Below are positions 1-13,150 of a DNA stretch of 64,000 nt, piece after piece. Origin of the DNA: Mobula birostris (Eukaryota); assembly GCF_030028105.1 (NCBI RefSeq), contig NC_092397.1:19168630-19232629 (forward strand), read 5' to 3'. Below the pieces are notes generated by a model. That model saw only the letters and a program-made list of their open reading frames with translations, had not been told where the DNA came from and searched no databases. How positions within the stretch are numbered: position 1 is the stretch's first letter; the number at the start of each line of letters is the position of its first letter. A program made the position numbers and the translations under genes.

Positions 1-1109
1 TGGACAGGGTGGTGAAGAGGCTTTTGGAACACTGGCCTTCACTCAGGGCCCCGAATATGGAAGCTGGGATGAGATGTTGCAGTTGTCCAACACGTTGGTT
101 TGGCCACATTTTGCAAATAGTGTTTAGTTTCTGTGACCCTGCTGTATGACAGACACCATTCAGCTGGAAAGAGCACAGAGGAGATTTATGGGGATGTTAC
201 TGGATCTCAAAGGATTTGTGGAAAGGTGTTTTGGATAATTTTCCCTGTAATGTTGGAGAATGAGTGCTGATATTGCAGAGGTGTATAAAATCATGAGGGA
301 CCTGGAGGCTGGAAATGGAATGAGCTGCTAGGGGGAATGGTTGAGTCAGGTACATTAAAAAGGCACTTGGACAGATAGATGGAAAGAAAAGGTTTTGAAG
401 TATCTGGGCCAAATGCAGAGAAATGGGACAAGGAGGAGGATAACCTTCTTCATAATGTGGTGGTGAGGGGGTTACAGACCACAAGCTCAGATGGGAACTT
501 TGGTCATCGTGGAATCTGTGTGAACCTGACTGTAGACATTGAACTTTTCCAAATGATTTGTTATTTCTTGATACATTATCAACTCCAGTACCTGAAGTGA
601 AGTTAACAGGACTACAGTTACCTGCTTTTTATCTTCCACCCTTCTTCAGCAATGGTTTTCAACTCCACTGGGACCTTTCTGTAACAATGAGTTTTGACAA
701 ACTTCAATGTCTTTACTTTCTCTACAGACTTCCCGTGAAACCCTCCAGTGCAGGTCGTTGGGACCTGGTAAAGTTTGCTTTTAGTCCCATTAGTTTCTCC
801 CTTGTGATGCCAATTGTTATACATTATGGCACAATGTTGAAATGTCACCGTTAGATATCTGTGGGATGTTTGCTGTGTCCCACTGTGAGCACTAATGCAA
901 ATTATTGAGTTAACTTCTCTGTGTGTTCCTTGTTACTTTTAGCTTTTCACTGGTTCCTAGAAAATCTCTGATTCTCTTGTGCACCACCAGCGCCTCTTTG
1001 TATGTTCTTTGATTTAATATTTCCTTGAATGCCTTTGACCACACCCCAGGATCTTGAGGCCGCTCCTACCAATGTTGTCTTTCCCTCCCCCTTTCACCAT
1101 CATTGTCCC

Positions 1110-2630
1110 TACATATAAAGTTCCTATGAAAATTTACAGCATTGAATCTCAGTGGATTGAATTTGGCTTTTTTTGAAACCAATCAATGGAAAAAGACTCT
1201 TTTGTGTCAAAGGGAAAACAAATCTCTACAAAATGCTCTCAACTAATTACAAATCTAAAACACAAAATAATTGTCTGTTTAATTATTCACCCCCTTTAAT
1301 ATGACACACCGAATCATCATTGGTGCAGCCAACTAGTTTTCGATGTTGCATGATCAGTTAAATGGAGATCACCGTGTGCAGTCAAGGTGTTTCAATTGAT
1401 TGTAGTAATAGTACACCTGTAAGTGGAAGGTCGAACTGCTGGTGAGTCAGTATCCTGGGAGAAACTACACCGTGAAGACAAATCAACACTCTGAGCTGCT
1501 CTGCAAACAGGTAATTGACAAACACAAGCCAGGAGATGGATACAAGAACATTTCCAAGTCACTGAATGTCCTTGGAGTACAGTTAAGTCACTCATCCAGA
1601 AGTGGGAAGAATATGGCACAGCTCTAAATCTACCAAGAGCAGACTATCCTCAAAAACTGAATGACCATGCAAGAAGGGGCCAGTGGGGGAGGCCACCAAG
1701 AGACCTATGATAACTCTAGAGGAGTTACAAGCTTCAGTGGTGGGAGAGATTGTGCATACATCAACTGTTGCCCGGGTGTTTCACCAGTCACAGCTTTACG
1801 GGAGAGTGGCAGAGAAAAAGCCACTGTTGAAAAATGCTCTGATGAAATCTTCCCTGGAGTTTCCCAGAATTGTGGGGGACTCTGAAGTTAGTTGGAAGAA
1901 GATTCTATGGTCTGATGAAAACAAAATTGAACCTTTTGACCATCACAAACACTAAGTTTGGAGTAAGGCAAACACTGCACAACATCAAAAACACACCATC
2001 CCTACCGTGAAGTATGGTGGAGGCTGCATCATCCTGTGGGTATGCTTCACTGCAGCAGGCCCTGAAAGGCACATAAAGGTAGAGGGTAAAATGAATGCAG
2101 CAAAATACAGGGAAATCCTGGAGGAAAACCAAATTCAGTCTTCAAGAGAACTGCGACTTAGGAGAAAATTAATTTTCCAGCATGACAATGACCACAAGCA
2201 TAAAACCAAAGCTGCAAAGGAATGCCTTAAAACAACAAAGTTAATGTCCTGGAGTGGCTTTGTGAGAGTTCAGACCTCAATCCAATTGAGAATTTGTGGC
2301 TGGACTTGAAAAGAAGTGTTCGCTCACTAACCCATGCATTCTGACAGAGCTTCTGTAGTTTTGTAAAGAAGAATGGGGAAAAATTGCGGTGTTCAGATGT
2401 GCAAAGCTGATAGACACCTATCCACACACTCAACTGTAAATACTGCCAAAGGTGCATCAACTAATTACGGCTTTGAAGGAGGTAAATACTAAGGCAATGA
2501 ATTATTTTGTTTCATATTTACAATTAATTTAGATCTGTTTTCACTTTGACACCATAGTCTTTTCTGTTGATCAGTGTCAAAAAAGCCAAATTAAATCCAT
2601 TGCAAAACAATAAAACCTAATAACTTACAT
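1110..2630 (+). mobile_element. Tc1/mariner DNA transposon with long IR/DR-type inverted repeats; transposase frameshifted
   Basis: ORF pieces 1442-1627, 1683-1955 and 2007-2309 give HTH-like GDGYKNISKSLNV, WKKILWSDE, KYGGGCIILWVCF and FQHDNDHKH, and a DLNPIENLW-like motif lies near 2272-2300 (DD34E set). 1152-1225 is inverted relative to about 2531-2602. Confidence 0.85.
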
Positions 2631-2809
2631 TTTGCCAATTCCGTGTGGAACATTGAATATAGTAGAATGTCGAAGTCCCAGTCTCTGTCACCATGTCCCT
2701 GCAATTACTGTCAGATCAAACATATTCATCAGTACACAATATGGAACAGATGGCAACCTGCCCTTCGTCTCACAATATCTGCGCCAATCATAGTAATGAT
2801 CAGACTTTA

Positions 2810-4848
2810 TTAAGTACTGTGGAGGTCTCACTGGAGAATTGTGAGCAGTTTTGGGCTCTTCATCTTAAGGAAGGATGAGCTGAAACTCGATGGGTTTCAA
2901 AGGAGGTTCTCCAGATTGATTCCAGGATGAAACATCTTGTCATATGAAGAGTGTTTGATGGCTCTGGGCCTGTATTCACTGGAATTTTTGAACAATGAGG
3001 GGTGGCCCAATTGAAACCTATCGAATGGTGAAAGGCAGTGATAAAGTGGATGTGCAGAAGATGGGTGGGAGTGTCTAATATCAGGACACAGCCTCAGAAT
3101 AGAGGAACATCCTTGTAGAATGTGCAGATGAGGAATTTCTTTAGCCAGAGAGTGGTTCATCTGTGGAATTCATTGCCACAGGGAGCTGTTAAGCCAGGAC
3201 TTTATGTATATTTAAGGCAGAGGTTGATAGATTCTTGATTGGTCAGAGTATACAGGGGAAAGGCAGGAGACTGGGGCCGAAAGGAAAAATGGATCAGCCA
3301 CAATGAAATGTCAGAGCAGACGACGGGCCAAATGGTTGAATTCTGCTCCTGTATCTTAGCCTGTGTCACTTCCTGAGAAACTTCAATCAATTTTGTCAAG
3401 CATGATCTGCCCACACAAAACCATGTTGATTGTCCCTAAGCAGGCCATGCCTTTCCAAATGTGCATAAATCCTGTACCTCAATATCCTCCCCAGTAGCTT
3501 CTCTACCACTGAAATGAGGCTGCCTTGCCTATAGGTTCCTGGATTCTTGTTATTTCCCTTCTTGATCAAAGCTGCAATATTTCTGACACTCTAGTCCTGT
3601 GGGACCTCACATGTTGTGATCGAGGACACACAGATCCTTGTCAAATCACCGGCAATCTGCTCACTTGTTTCTTTCACTGTTGTAGGATATTTGCCTTCAG
3701 GCCCTGGAGTCTTAGCCATCTTATTGCTTTTCAGACGTCCCAGCACAACCTGCTCCTTACTCTCAAAATGTCTCTGCACATTCGCATGTCTCATTCTGTT
3801 TTCATTGCCATTCAATTCCTTCACTTCAGTAAATACTGACACAACATACTCATTTAGTACCTCAGCCACTTGATCTGACTTCAACCACATCATTCCTCCT
3901 TTAATCTTGAGTCGACATTTCTATTCTCTGGTTATCCTCGTCTTATTAATACAAATCACAAGGCCTTGGGATCATCTTTGGTCCTACATTACAAGGACAG
4001 TTTGTGGCCCCTTTTGGCCTTTCCTATCACCTGCTTTAGCATTTCCCTGCTACCTTTATATTCCAAAGGTACCCAGTCTGACTTTAGCTTCACAAACTTT
4101 CCATAACCTTTTGACTAAATTTAGGATCTCTCCGCTTGTCTAAAGATCTCTTACTTACCATCCTTCTCCTCACTCCTCACCGGAACATGCTGATCCTGAA
4201 CTCAGAGTTGCTGGTCTTTAAACAACTCCCACACATCAGATGTGGACTTGTCTGACAGTGGCTGCTCCCAATCAATGTCGCTTGGCTCCTGTCTTCCTCC
4301 GTCCTGACTTGTCCTCCTGCAAATTAGTACCTTCATACAAGATCTACTTTTATTTTTACTTGTAACTAAGAAAAAAAGAAACTTGTGATCACTGTTCCCA
4401 AAATGTTCACTGACTCTCAACTGTCACCTGGCCTGGCTCATTCCCATCTGTTCTCACCTCTGGTTGGGCTCTGTACATAATGTTTCAAACACCTCTCAGA
4501 TTCACTGAAGAAATCTGGCGCATTTAAGAATTAAGCAAGTTCCAGTTAATCTAGAGAAGATAATGTCCCCCCACTGGTTGTTGCGGGGCCAATACAAACG
4601 CCCCAACAGTGTAACTGCAGATTGCCTCTGTAAATGAACCTTCCAGTTTGCTGTGACATTCCCAGTGGGGTAACCTCTGCATTTTTAACCCCCCACTCAC
4701 ATGTAAAACAATGAATCCCAGGAATGTTGAGCTCCCAGCCCTGTCCGTCCGATAACGTAGTACTCCTAGTGTTGAAATAAACTCATTTCAGTCCATCAGT
4801 CCCACCATGTTTATTGGCCTGACATTGGCTCTCGTTCTTTTCAGACTG
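2810..4848. mobile_element. Degenerate CR1 LINE fragments (3' end on +, about 2810-3355; endonuclease/RT part on -, about 3360-4848)
   Basis: Translated pieces such as AEVLNEYVVSVFT, KTPGPEGKYP, SCLTKLIE and EHFGNSDH match CR1 ORF2 motifs seen intact at 49260-52020. Confidence 0.7.
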
Positions 4849-4849
4849 T

Positions 4850-5416
<567 letters not shown>

Positions 5417-5449
5417 AAAACTCCCACTTCCTCCCGAGCACAAAACAAA

Positions 5450-5465
5450 GGCTCTTCTAAGAGCC
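5450..5465 (+). terminator. Histone 3' stem-loop (SLBP site)
   Basis: GGCTCT-TCTA-AGAGCC followed by ACCCA and a purine-rich HDE-like CAGACGGAGC near 5479. Confidence 0.95.
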
Positions 5466-5896
5466 ACCCACCGCCTCACAGACGGAGCCGTATCCACAGA
5501 CTTTTAATTATTTTTATCGATACATTCAGCTGAGTTACATTTGAAACAGATTAATCGGTTCGGTTTGCAATATTCCTGCGAATCTGCCTTTCCAGTCGGT
5601 GATTACTTCAGAACGCGTTAAGATCGATCTTCATTCTTTTATCCGTCTCGGACAGGAATCAGTTCACTCGTTTAGAGAAGCGACTCCGTAATTATGCATT
5701 TAAATCTTAACTCAGGGGATTAGATATTAATTTTATTAAATGAAACTGAAATTGTATAATGCGTGATAAAACTAACGGTAAATAATTTTTAAAAAAGTCT
5801 TCCATCACCGTTGCTGGGTGCTCTGAAATTGGCGGGCAATTTGAAATTGATCCTGCGCCAATCACACTCTAATCTGATCCGATGAAGTCCGACCGC

Positions 5897-6112
5897 CAGT
5901 AAATTCCTAGAACTCCTTCTGTACGTGGTGTCAGAGGTCGTTTTTTTCTCTCTCTCTGGAGCTCAGTGTTTCGGACAAACCGTTGGAAATTGCCGGGTGT
6001 ATTAAAGTGAAGACGGAGCTGGACGATGAGAGGCCGCTCTCGGCTCTGTCCGTCACTCTGACTCTGTCTCCTCCCCTCCCCGCCTCTGTCTCTCTGCGCG
6101 TTTCTCGGGCAG
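5897..6112 (+). pseudogene. Orphan H4 promoter fragment (no TATA, no CDS)
   Basis: About 6005-6112 repeats 4921-5030 almost exactly and stops at ...TTCTCGGGCAGG, before the TATA box. Confidence 0.85.
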
Positions 6113-6189
6113 GAGTGGTGGCAGAGGATTGGAGGATGGGTCATGTTATCCAGTAACTTAGAATCGAAGGAAAACCAAACACAAGACCA

Positions 6190-6290
6190 TTGTGCGGATG
6201 CTGATGGAGGGTCTCGGCCTGAAACGTTGGCTGTTTCCAGTTTCTCATAGATGCTGCCTGGCCTGCTGAGTTCCTCCAGCACTGCGCGTG
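6190..6290 (+). mobile_element. Penelope-like element terminal fragment (degenerate hammerhead motif)
   Basis: CTGATGGAGGGTCTCGGCCTGAAACGTTGGCTG followed by GATGCTGCCTGGCCTGCTGAGTTCCTCCAGC, a block that recurs about 10 times in the window. Confidence 0.6.
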
Positions 6291-6319
6291 TATCGCTGCG
6301 AGGAAAAGCCTGGGAGCTG

Positions 6320-8790
6320 AGTCAGGGCTGATAACGTCACTGCCCGGCTCAGCAAATTTATCGATGTCACTGAAGTTGGTGATATCGTGGAGTGTGAAAC
6401 AATGTAACTAACATTACAACAGGACGGTGATCAATGAGGTCACTGATTTGAGGAATGACAGATAAATGTGAGATGTTCCATTGTCATTGACGAACCAGGG
6501 CAGAACTGCCGTGGGGAATGGTCTGTCCCTGGGAGTGCTGTAAAACAGAGATATCGGGGTGTAGATATCGAATTCCTTCAGAGTGTAAACACAGGTAGGC
6601 AGGACGGTGAAGAAGCTGTTCGCCACACTCGCATTCATCGGGTAGAGTATCGGGCACTGGACTGTGACGTCACGTTACAGCTCTACCAGCCTCGGGGAAA
6701 CTACTCTTGGAGCACGGAGTACAGTTATAGTTGCCATGTGATCAGAGGGTGACATTAAACTGGAGAGGGTGCAAAAGGGATTTAACAGGAGGCTGCATAG
6801 GCCAGGACCTTTCTCACCAGAGTGTATGTGACATTAGAGAGGTGATAAAATAATGGCAGTCATAGATATGGTCAACAGTGAATCTGTTCTCTCCAGGTTT
6901 ATGGAGTTGGAAGTGAGAGATTACAGATATAAAGTGAGAGAGGAAAGATTTAAATAGGACCCTGAGGAGCAGGTTTTGTACACAGAATGTGCTGTTTACA
7001 TGGAACAAACTACCCCAAGTGGTGGTGTAGGTGGGCACAGTTGCAATATCTCTTGGACTGTGGAGAGGGAAGTTTCACAGGGACATGGGCCAAGGGCCAA
7101 ATGCAGGCAACTGACAATAATTTTGTTTGGCCACTTGGTCAGCATGGATGTGTTGGGCTGAAGGACTTGTTTCTGTGCTGCATAACTCAGTGACTATGTC
7201 TGCTGCTGTGGCAGAGCGGGAGGGACAGTGTCAGTAGTGAGGAGGTTTGGGGGATGTAGACAGGAGAGTGAATGGTTGAGGATGTGGCAGATGGAACAGA
7301 ATGTGGGGAAATGTGTGATCACCCATTCCCAGGAACACACTGTAAGAGTCATTTCCACACAGGGATGTTCAGAGGGACCTGGGCATCCTTGTAAACAAAT
7401 CACTTGAGTTTACATGCAGATACAACAAGTAATGAGAGTGCCTGTACTGTGCTGTACTATTCTATGTTCTATTTATATGGGAGGCAGGGTTTGAGGGTCG
7501 GCACAACATTGTGGGCCGAAGGGCCTGTACTGTGCTGTACTATTCTATGTTCTATGTTCAAACAGTATTTTGTCCTGTGATCCATGGAGATTGTACAAGA
7601 GGGTACAGAGGTCTCACTGGGATTATATAGGGCCCTGGTGAGAGCACACCTTGAGTATCGTGTCCAGGTTTGGTCACACTTCCTCAGGAAGGATATCCCT
7701 GCAATAGAGGGAGTGCAGTGACTGTTCCCCGCACTGACTGGGTTGGTTCCGGGGATGGAAGGTTGGTTATATGAGAGGAGAGTGAGTGCGCTGTGTCTGT
7801 ATTCCCTGCTGTTCATGAGAAAACGAGGAAATCTGTTAGATTCTTTCAGGATATGACAGGCAATAGGCAAGGAGGATCTTTCCCCTGAATGAGAACTCCA
7901 TATCTGAGGAAAATACCCTTAGAATGAGGTGTAAATCACAAACACGAGAGAATCTCCTGATGCTGGAAATCAAACGCAACACACACAAAATGTTGGAAGA
8001 ACTCAACAGGACAGGCAGCCTCTATGAAAAAGAGTTAACAGTCGACACTTCGGGCCGAGACACTTCATCAGATCTCAGGGTGAAGATTCTCAGCCCGAAG
8101 CATCGATTCGTTACTCTTTCCCATAGATGCTGCCTGACCTGCTGACTTCCTCCAGCATTTTGTGTCTGTTGCTCAGAATGAGGTGACAAGCATTCAGGAT
8201 GGAAATGAGATGTTTTGTTAATCAGAGAACAAAGAACTTCTGTATTCCTTATATAAGTAATGTGGAGCCTCAGTTGCTGGGTTGAGTCAAAGCTGAGATC
8301 TCTGGGAGAGATTTAGTCACTAAGTGAGTCCATAAGACCATAAGATACAGGAGCAGAATTCGGCCATTTTGCCTGTTGAGCCTTCTCTGGCATTTCATCA
8401 TCACTGATCAATTTTTCCTCTCAGCCCCAATCTCCTGCCTTCCATTGTATCCCTTCATGCCCTGACCAATCAAGAATCTATCAATCTCTGCCTATACCCA
8501 GTGATTTGGCCTCCACAGCTGCCTGTAGCAAAAAAATTCACAGATTCACCACTCTCTGGCTGAAGAAATTCCTCCTCATTTCCATTCTAAAAGGATGACC
8601 CTCTATTGTGAAGCTGTGTGGTCCAGTTTTAGACACACCCATCACAAGAAAAATCCTCTCCACATCCACTCAATCAAGCCCTTTCACTATTTGATAGGTT
8701 TCAATTTGGTAACCCTTCTTTCTTCGAAGTTCCAATGAATAGAGGCCCAGAGCCGTGAAACTCTCTTCATTAGGCAAGCCATTTAATCCT
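6320..8790. mobile_element. Nested degenerate CR1 3' fragments
   Basis: Repeated LVRPHLEYCVQFW-like segments and (TTCTATG)-type CR1 tails at 7441-7470 and 7525-7558. Confidence 0.65.
7940..8175. mobile_element. Inverted (palindromic) pair of Penelope-like terminal fragments
   Basis: CACACAAAATGTTGGAAGAACTCAACAGG (7982) is inverted relative to CCTGCTGACTTCCTCCAGCATTTTGTGT (8138). The minus strand has CTGATGAAGTGTCTCGGCCCGAAGTGTCGACTG at 8039-8071. Confidence 0.6.
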
Positions 8791-10039
8791 GAGTAAAATT
8801 CTCCATTTGTGATGTCATGTCAGCACAAAAAAATCTGGATTTCAGAGATGTTTGCATTTTGGAATTATGGACCAATCTCCACAGACCTAATCACTAATTT
8901 GTACTGCAGTGAACACTGTTAATTTAACCCATGCAATCCCAGGCATACAGATGCAAAATAAAGACAATTCTAAATTGAAAGTAGGAAAGTTGAACCTTAC
9001 TTGGAGGTAAAGCCTGATTACTAGGCCTCAGAACATTCTACTCCCCAAATGGTCAAAATAAAGCCAAATAACAAGGTTTAAAATACCCACAACATGCAGA
9101 ATTACATGCCTCTCGTTACCTTGATCCATGGGATAAACACAAGCGGGCCTGATTAACCCTGGCTGGGTTGCCTGGGCGAGGATGTCTCATGATTAAAGAC
9201 CCAAAACACCCAATGACCCCAGGTTGCATACTGACGATGTGTCCCTTTGCAACACCCGGTTCATTAAGCCAAGTGGTGTCAGGCCACGTTAATGAAGGGC
9301 ATGGGCCAGATTGAAGTGGCTACACTACACTACCCTATCCACCATAGCCCCACCTATCTCACCATACTAAACTCCACAGCATTATCTCTCCCAGCCCCGC
9401 ATATACATCCACCAGCCCTACCCTCAAACCTAATCCTGAGGTCCAAAGGGGCACACACCCCCACTAACCCTGGGCACACCCCCACAAACCCGATGACCAG
9501 TGTAAGGGGGAAGAAGATGCACTAAAGGCAAGTGTTGGACTTGGTTGATGAAGGCATAGGCCAGATCAAAGTGGCAGCGTTGTGTGACACTGAATCTAGA
9601 GTGACGAGATGAAGAGGCACAAGAGGGATGATTCTCCCACTGCCGGCATAATCTGTTTGTTATTTTGATTTTGTTCTGATAGTCTTCTGTCTGTTTGAAT
9701 ATTTTGGTATAATTCATATTTAATATCAGTGTTTCTTGTCAGTGTTGTGTCTCTGATGCAATGTGTCTGTGATGCTGCTACAAATACTTTGATCCTTTCA
9801 CCTGTGCATAAATAAACTCGATTTAAACTTTACACTGAAATGTCCAAATCTCTCCTTCACTCTCCTGCAGCCCTATGTCATGAACTAAATGTCCTAGTGT
9901 TTAATTTTACAATATTTCATCTGATTTTATTTTCATTCGGCTTTTGAAATTTGCCTTTCCCTTTTCAATTTCAGCCCGCACCCCGGCCTGTCTCTGCCCT
10001 TCAGTACTTCCTCCCGCATCAAACGACAGCGGTAAGTTC

Positions 10040-10216
10040 CGCCCATTGGCGCCGCTTCCCATCCCCCAGCGTTCCGATTGGTGATTCATTTCTCCAAACA
10101 GCCAATGGAAATGCTCAGCATTCCCATCCTCATTAACATACCGCTTTGGGCGCTGCCTATTTAATCCGCGCTCCGAACAGCTTCTGCTCATTATCGTGTT
10201 TGAACCCGACGAGGAA
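10040..10216 (+). promoter_or_regulatory. H2B promoter
   Basis: ATTGG/CCAAT boxes near 10045, 10077 and 10101, octamer-like ATTAACAT at 10132-10139, and TATTTAA at 10158. Homologous to 19380-19500. Confidence 0.75.
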
Positions 10217-10591
10217 ATGCCTGATCCAGCGAAACCCGCACCCAAGAAGGGCGCCAAGAAAGCTTTGTCCAAACCAGCGAGCAAGACTGGCAAGAAGCGC
10301 AAGAGGTCGAGGAAGGAGACTTACGCCATCTACATCTACAAAGTGATGAAGCAGGTTCACCCCGACACCGGCATCTCCTCCAAGGCCATGAGCATCATGA
10401 ATTCATTCGTGAACGATATTTTCGAGCGCATCGCGGGCGAGGCTTCCCGCCTGGCCCATTACAACAAGCGGTCAACCATCAGCTCCCGGGAGATCCAGAC
10501 CGCCGTGCGCCTGCTGCTGCCCGGGGAGCTGGCCAAGCACGCCGTGTCCGAAGGGACAAAGGCTGTGACCAAGTACACCAGCTCCAAGTGA
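10217..10591 (+). CDS. H2B: Histone H2B (copy 1)
   Basis: [12 protein letters not shown]...[35 protein letters not shown]...KYTSSK. True ATG is at 10217, downstream of the TATA. Confidence 0.98.
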   Translation: MPDPAKPAPKKGAKKALSKPASKTGKKRKRSRKETYAIYIYKVMKQVHPDTGISSKAMSIMNSFVNDIFERIAGEASRLAHYNKRSTISSREIQTAVRLLLPGELAKHAVSEGTKAVTKYTSSK

Positions 10592-10628
10592 AGACAAGTT
10601 CACTGACAAAACAAACCGGAAAATCAAA

Positions 10629-10644
10629 GGCTCTTTTAAGAGCC
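10629..10644 (+). terminator. Histone 3' stem-loop
   Basis: GGCTCT-TTTA-AGAGCC; HDE AAAGAGTT at 10661-10668. Confidence 0.95.
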
Positions 10645-11157
10645 ACTCACGGTTTCATTAAAAGAGTTACACGATGTTGAGACATGGAATTGAGGTAAAT
10701 TTGGATTTTTTTTGTTGAAATGCTCATTCAGAATCTTATCCCCGTTAATCAGAACTTGCTGTCCGCTGCTCAGTATAATCCCAATTTCTCTGTTAATTCC
10801 TGCCAACTGCCCAGACATGGAATCGTTACACACCCGTTTCCCCGTCGCTTCCTCTCGGTCATCAGATTTCTCTGACATGGACGCTAATGTTTCTGGTTTA
10901 ATTACCGTGGGTTCATTTAGCTTTGTCCCATTTTCGATACTTCTCTTAACCCCATTCCGACGCAAGAGCTGAACACTGTCACGGGTCGTTCAGAGTATTT
11001 GTTAAAGCTCCACTTTCTGACGGGCGACCCCTTGCTAAACTGACTTGAGTTTACATAATGACCGACCGCGAACAGCAGCTGAGAACCGGTTTTATTCCAA
11101 TCGTTTATCAATTGAAAGATATCGGTGAACTAATTTCTCAGACACCATCGCAATATT

Positions 11158-11450
11158 AACTACACTTTGTTTAAGTGTGTCGGACTCCAGTAACGGGGGT
11201 AAAGAGCCTACAAACAAGCCTGTTGCGGTTTAATTTCAGCAACAAAGGCTTTTTTTGGCGGTGTATTGCAAATTTCAGTTTATTTCGGCGGTTAGACGGT
11301 ATTTTCCGCGCTTCTGCAGTTGCTGTCTCTTGATTGGTGAATAAGGCAGCCCTGTGATTGGAATATTTGCTCTTTCCAATCAGAATGGGCACTGGTTCAC
11401 CAATCATAAACGTCCCACTACATTCCGCACCTCCCGCCCCGCCTGCATCA
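11158..11450 (+). pseudogene. Orphan H2A promoter (gene missing, followed directly by a LINE)
   Basis: Collinear with the H2A promoter 20390-20660, e.g. CTCTTGATTGGTGAATAAGGCAG vs CTCTTGATTGGTGATTAAGGCAG, with four CCAAT/ATTGG boxes. No H2A CDS follows. Confidence 0.8.
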
Positions 11451-11464
11451 GAAGGGCGATTTTC

Positions 11465-13150
11465 AGAAGCCTGATTTCTAATGGTCAAAACTTCAAGTTT
11501 ATTTCTGATTTATCAAATCTATGTGATATTATATGTATTCAGGAAACCTGATTGTTATCGCATTTAAGTTCTTCCTTCAAGTGTTATATTGTAATTAAGC
11601 GTGATAGATTAGTTGGTAGAGGAGGTGGTGTTGCAAGTTTTTTTTAAAGAGAGGGAGAGGGCATAAAGTTGTGGATGTAAATGAAATGTATGAGGCATTT
11701 GAAGACACATTTGATTCCACAGGTAGGGGCAATAAAGTGGTATATTATTATAACGTCGACTGTACCTCTTCCTAGAGATGCTGCCTGGCCTGCTGCGTTC
11801 ACCAGCAACTTTTATGCGCGTTGCTTGAAATTCCAGCATCTGCAGATTTCCTCGTGTTTGTGTATTATTATAACCATTGTGGAAAGCTTCCGATTGATTT
11901 GTTGGAGAGTATACGTAGCTCTAGCTCACTAAGCGTTGTATGGTGTGGGGATTTTAACACATAGTTAATTCACTGTGGGGTTGTTCTCAGATTGGTAATA
12001 TTTTGTTTATAGAAGAGTTTCAGATATTTCATATCCTGTTAGTCTTTATGGTGGGAGAGGTACGAGATTTAATGTTCATAATAGTTCTGAAAATGCTGTA
12101 AATTTAACTTTCGTTTTGAACATTGCAGTGAGTAGTGGGATGTCATGGGAGATGAAGCATTGGGGAGTGATCGTTTTCCTATGTTTATAAGCTTGGGTTT
12201 GGATTTATATAGGGGGGCATGAGGCCACTTTTAGGAGGTGGAACTCTGGTAAAGCAAATTGGGAGAAGTTTGAATGTTTTATGTGCTGAACGTCTGTCTG
12301 GGCTGAATGGTGAGGATGATGTGGATTTCTGCAAAGAAACGTTGTGACATTATTCATCAAATAGTGGTGGCAGAGATTCAATTTAAAAAGTGCTGTACCG
12401 TGGTGGACGGAGGAGTGTGCAGAGGCAGTTACTGAGAGAAACGTGGCATTTCCGAAAGTTAGGAAGTATCACTCTCCGCGTAATCATATTAAGTGTAACA
12501 GGTCACAGGCCGTGGTGAGGAAAGTAATGAAGCTTGTGAAAAAGATTTACTGGAGGTCATATTGTGAAAGTATTGGAAGGACTATTAAACTTGAAGATGT
12601 TTGGGGGATGACTAAGAAAATGGGGGTGTGGGATTCATAGGGTTCCGAATATTGATTAAAGAAGGTAATACAATTGTTCCTGAAGGAGAGACGGTTGAGT
12701 CCTGGCTCGGTCATTTGCTGCAATTCATAATCAAAATAGGTGGAGAGACTAAACAATGTAGCAATAAGGTTTTACAAGAATATCTTAATGTGTTGGAAAC
12801 CAGCTGTAGCAATGATAGTATTAGTGATGTAGAGTTTCTTTGTGTGAATTTAAGAAAGCTATTTATAGTACAGGTCAGATGGCTCCAGGAAAGGATGATA
12901 CATGTTATTGCATGTTTAAACATATGGTCAACAACCCTCTTGAGATAATATGACATTTTTAGAATCATAATTGGAGTTCAGGCCATCTTCCCTCCTCATG
13001 GAAAATGGCAATTGTGTCTATTCTAAAACCTGGGAAACCCCTGATGGATCCTTCTAGTTATAGACCAATATCACTGACGTCCCATTTGTGTAAACTTACG
13101 GAATGGATGGTGATAGTGTGGTTGAATTATATTTTGGAAAAGGGAGGTGA
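11465..13150 (+). mobile_element. Degenerate Nimb/I-group LINE ORF2 fragment (AP endonuclease to start of RT)
   Basis: RSLISNGQNFK..DIICIQET (APE N-terminus), PWW motif at 12398, and ILKPGKPLMDPSSYRPISLTSHLCK (RT start). Confidence 0.7.
11755..11862 (+). mobile_element. Short Penelope-like insertion with target-site duplication
   Basis: Flanked by TATTATTATAAC at 11743-11754 and 11863-11874; body is GTCGACTGTACC...GATGCTGCCTGGCCTGCTG...CCAGCATCTGCAGATTT. Confidence 0.7.

Noticed and set aside
9130-9290. Possible 3' end of another non-LTR retrotransposon
   Set aside because: Vague resemblance only; no diagnostic motif I can support.
10196-10216. N-terminal extensions of H2B/H2A in the ORF track (10196, 19518, 20747)
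   Set aside because: These start at GTG codons in the 5' UTR. Canonical ATGs are at 10217, 19542 and 20759.
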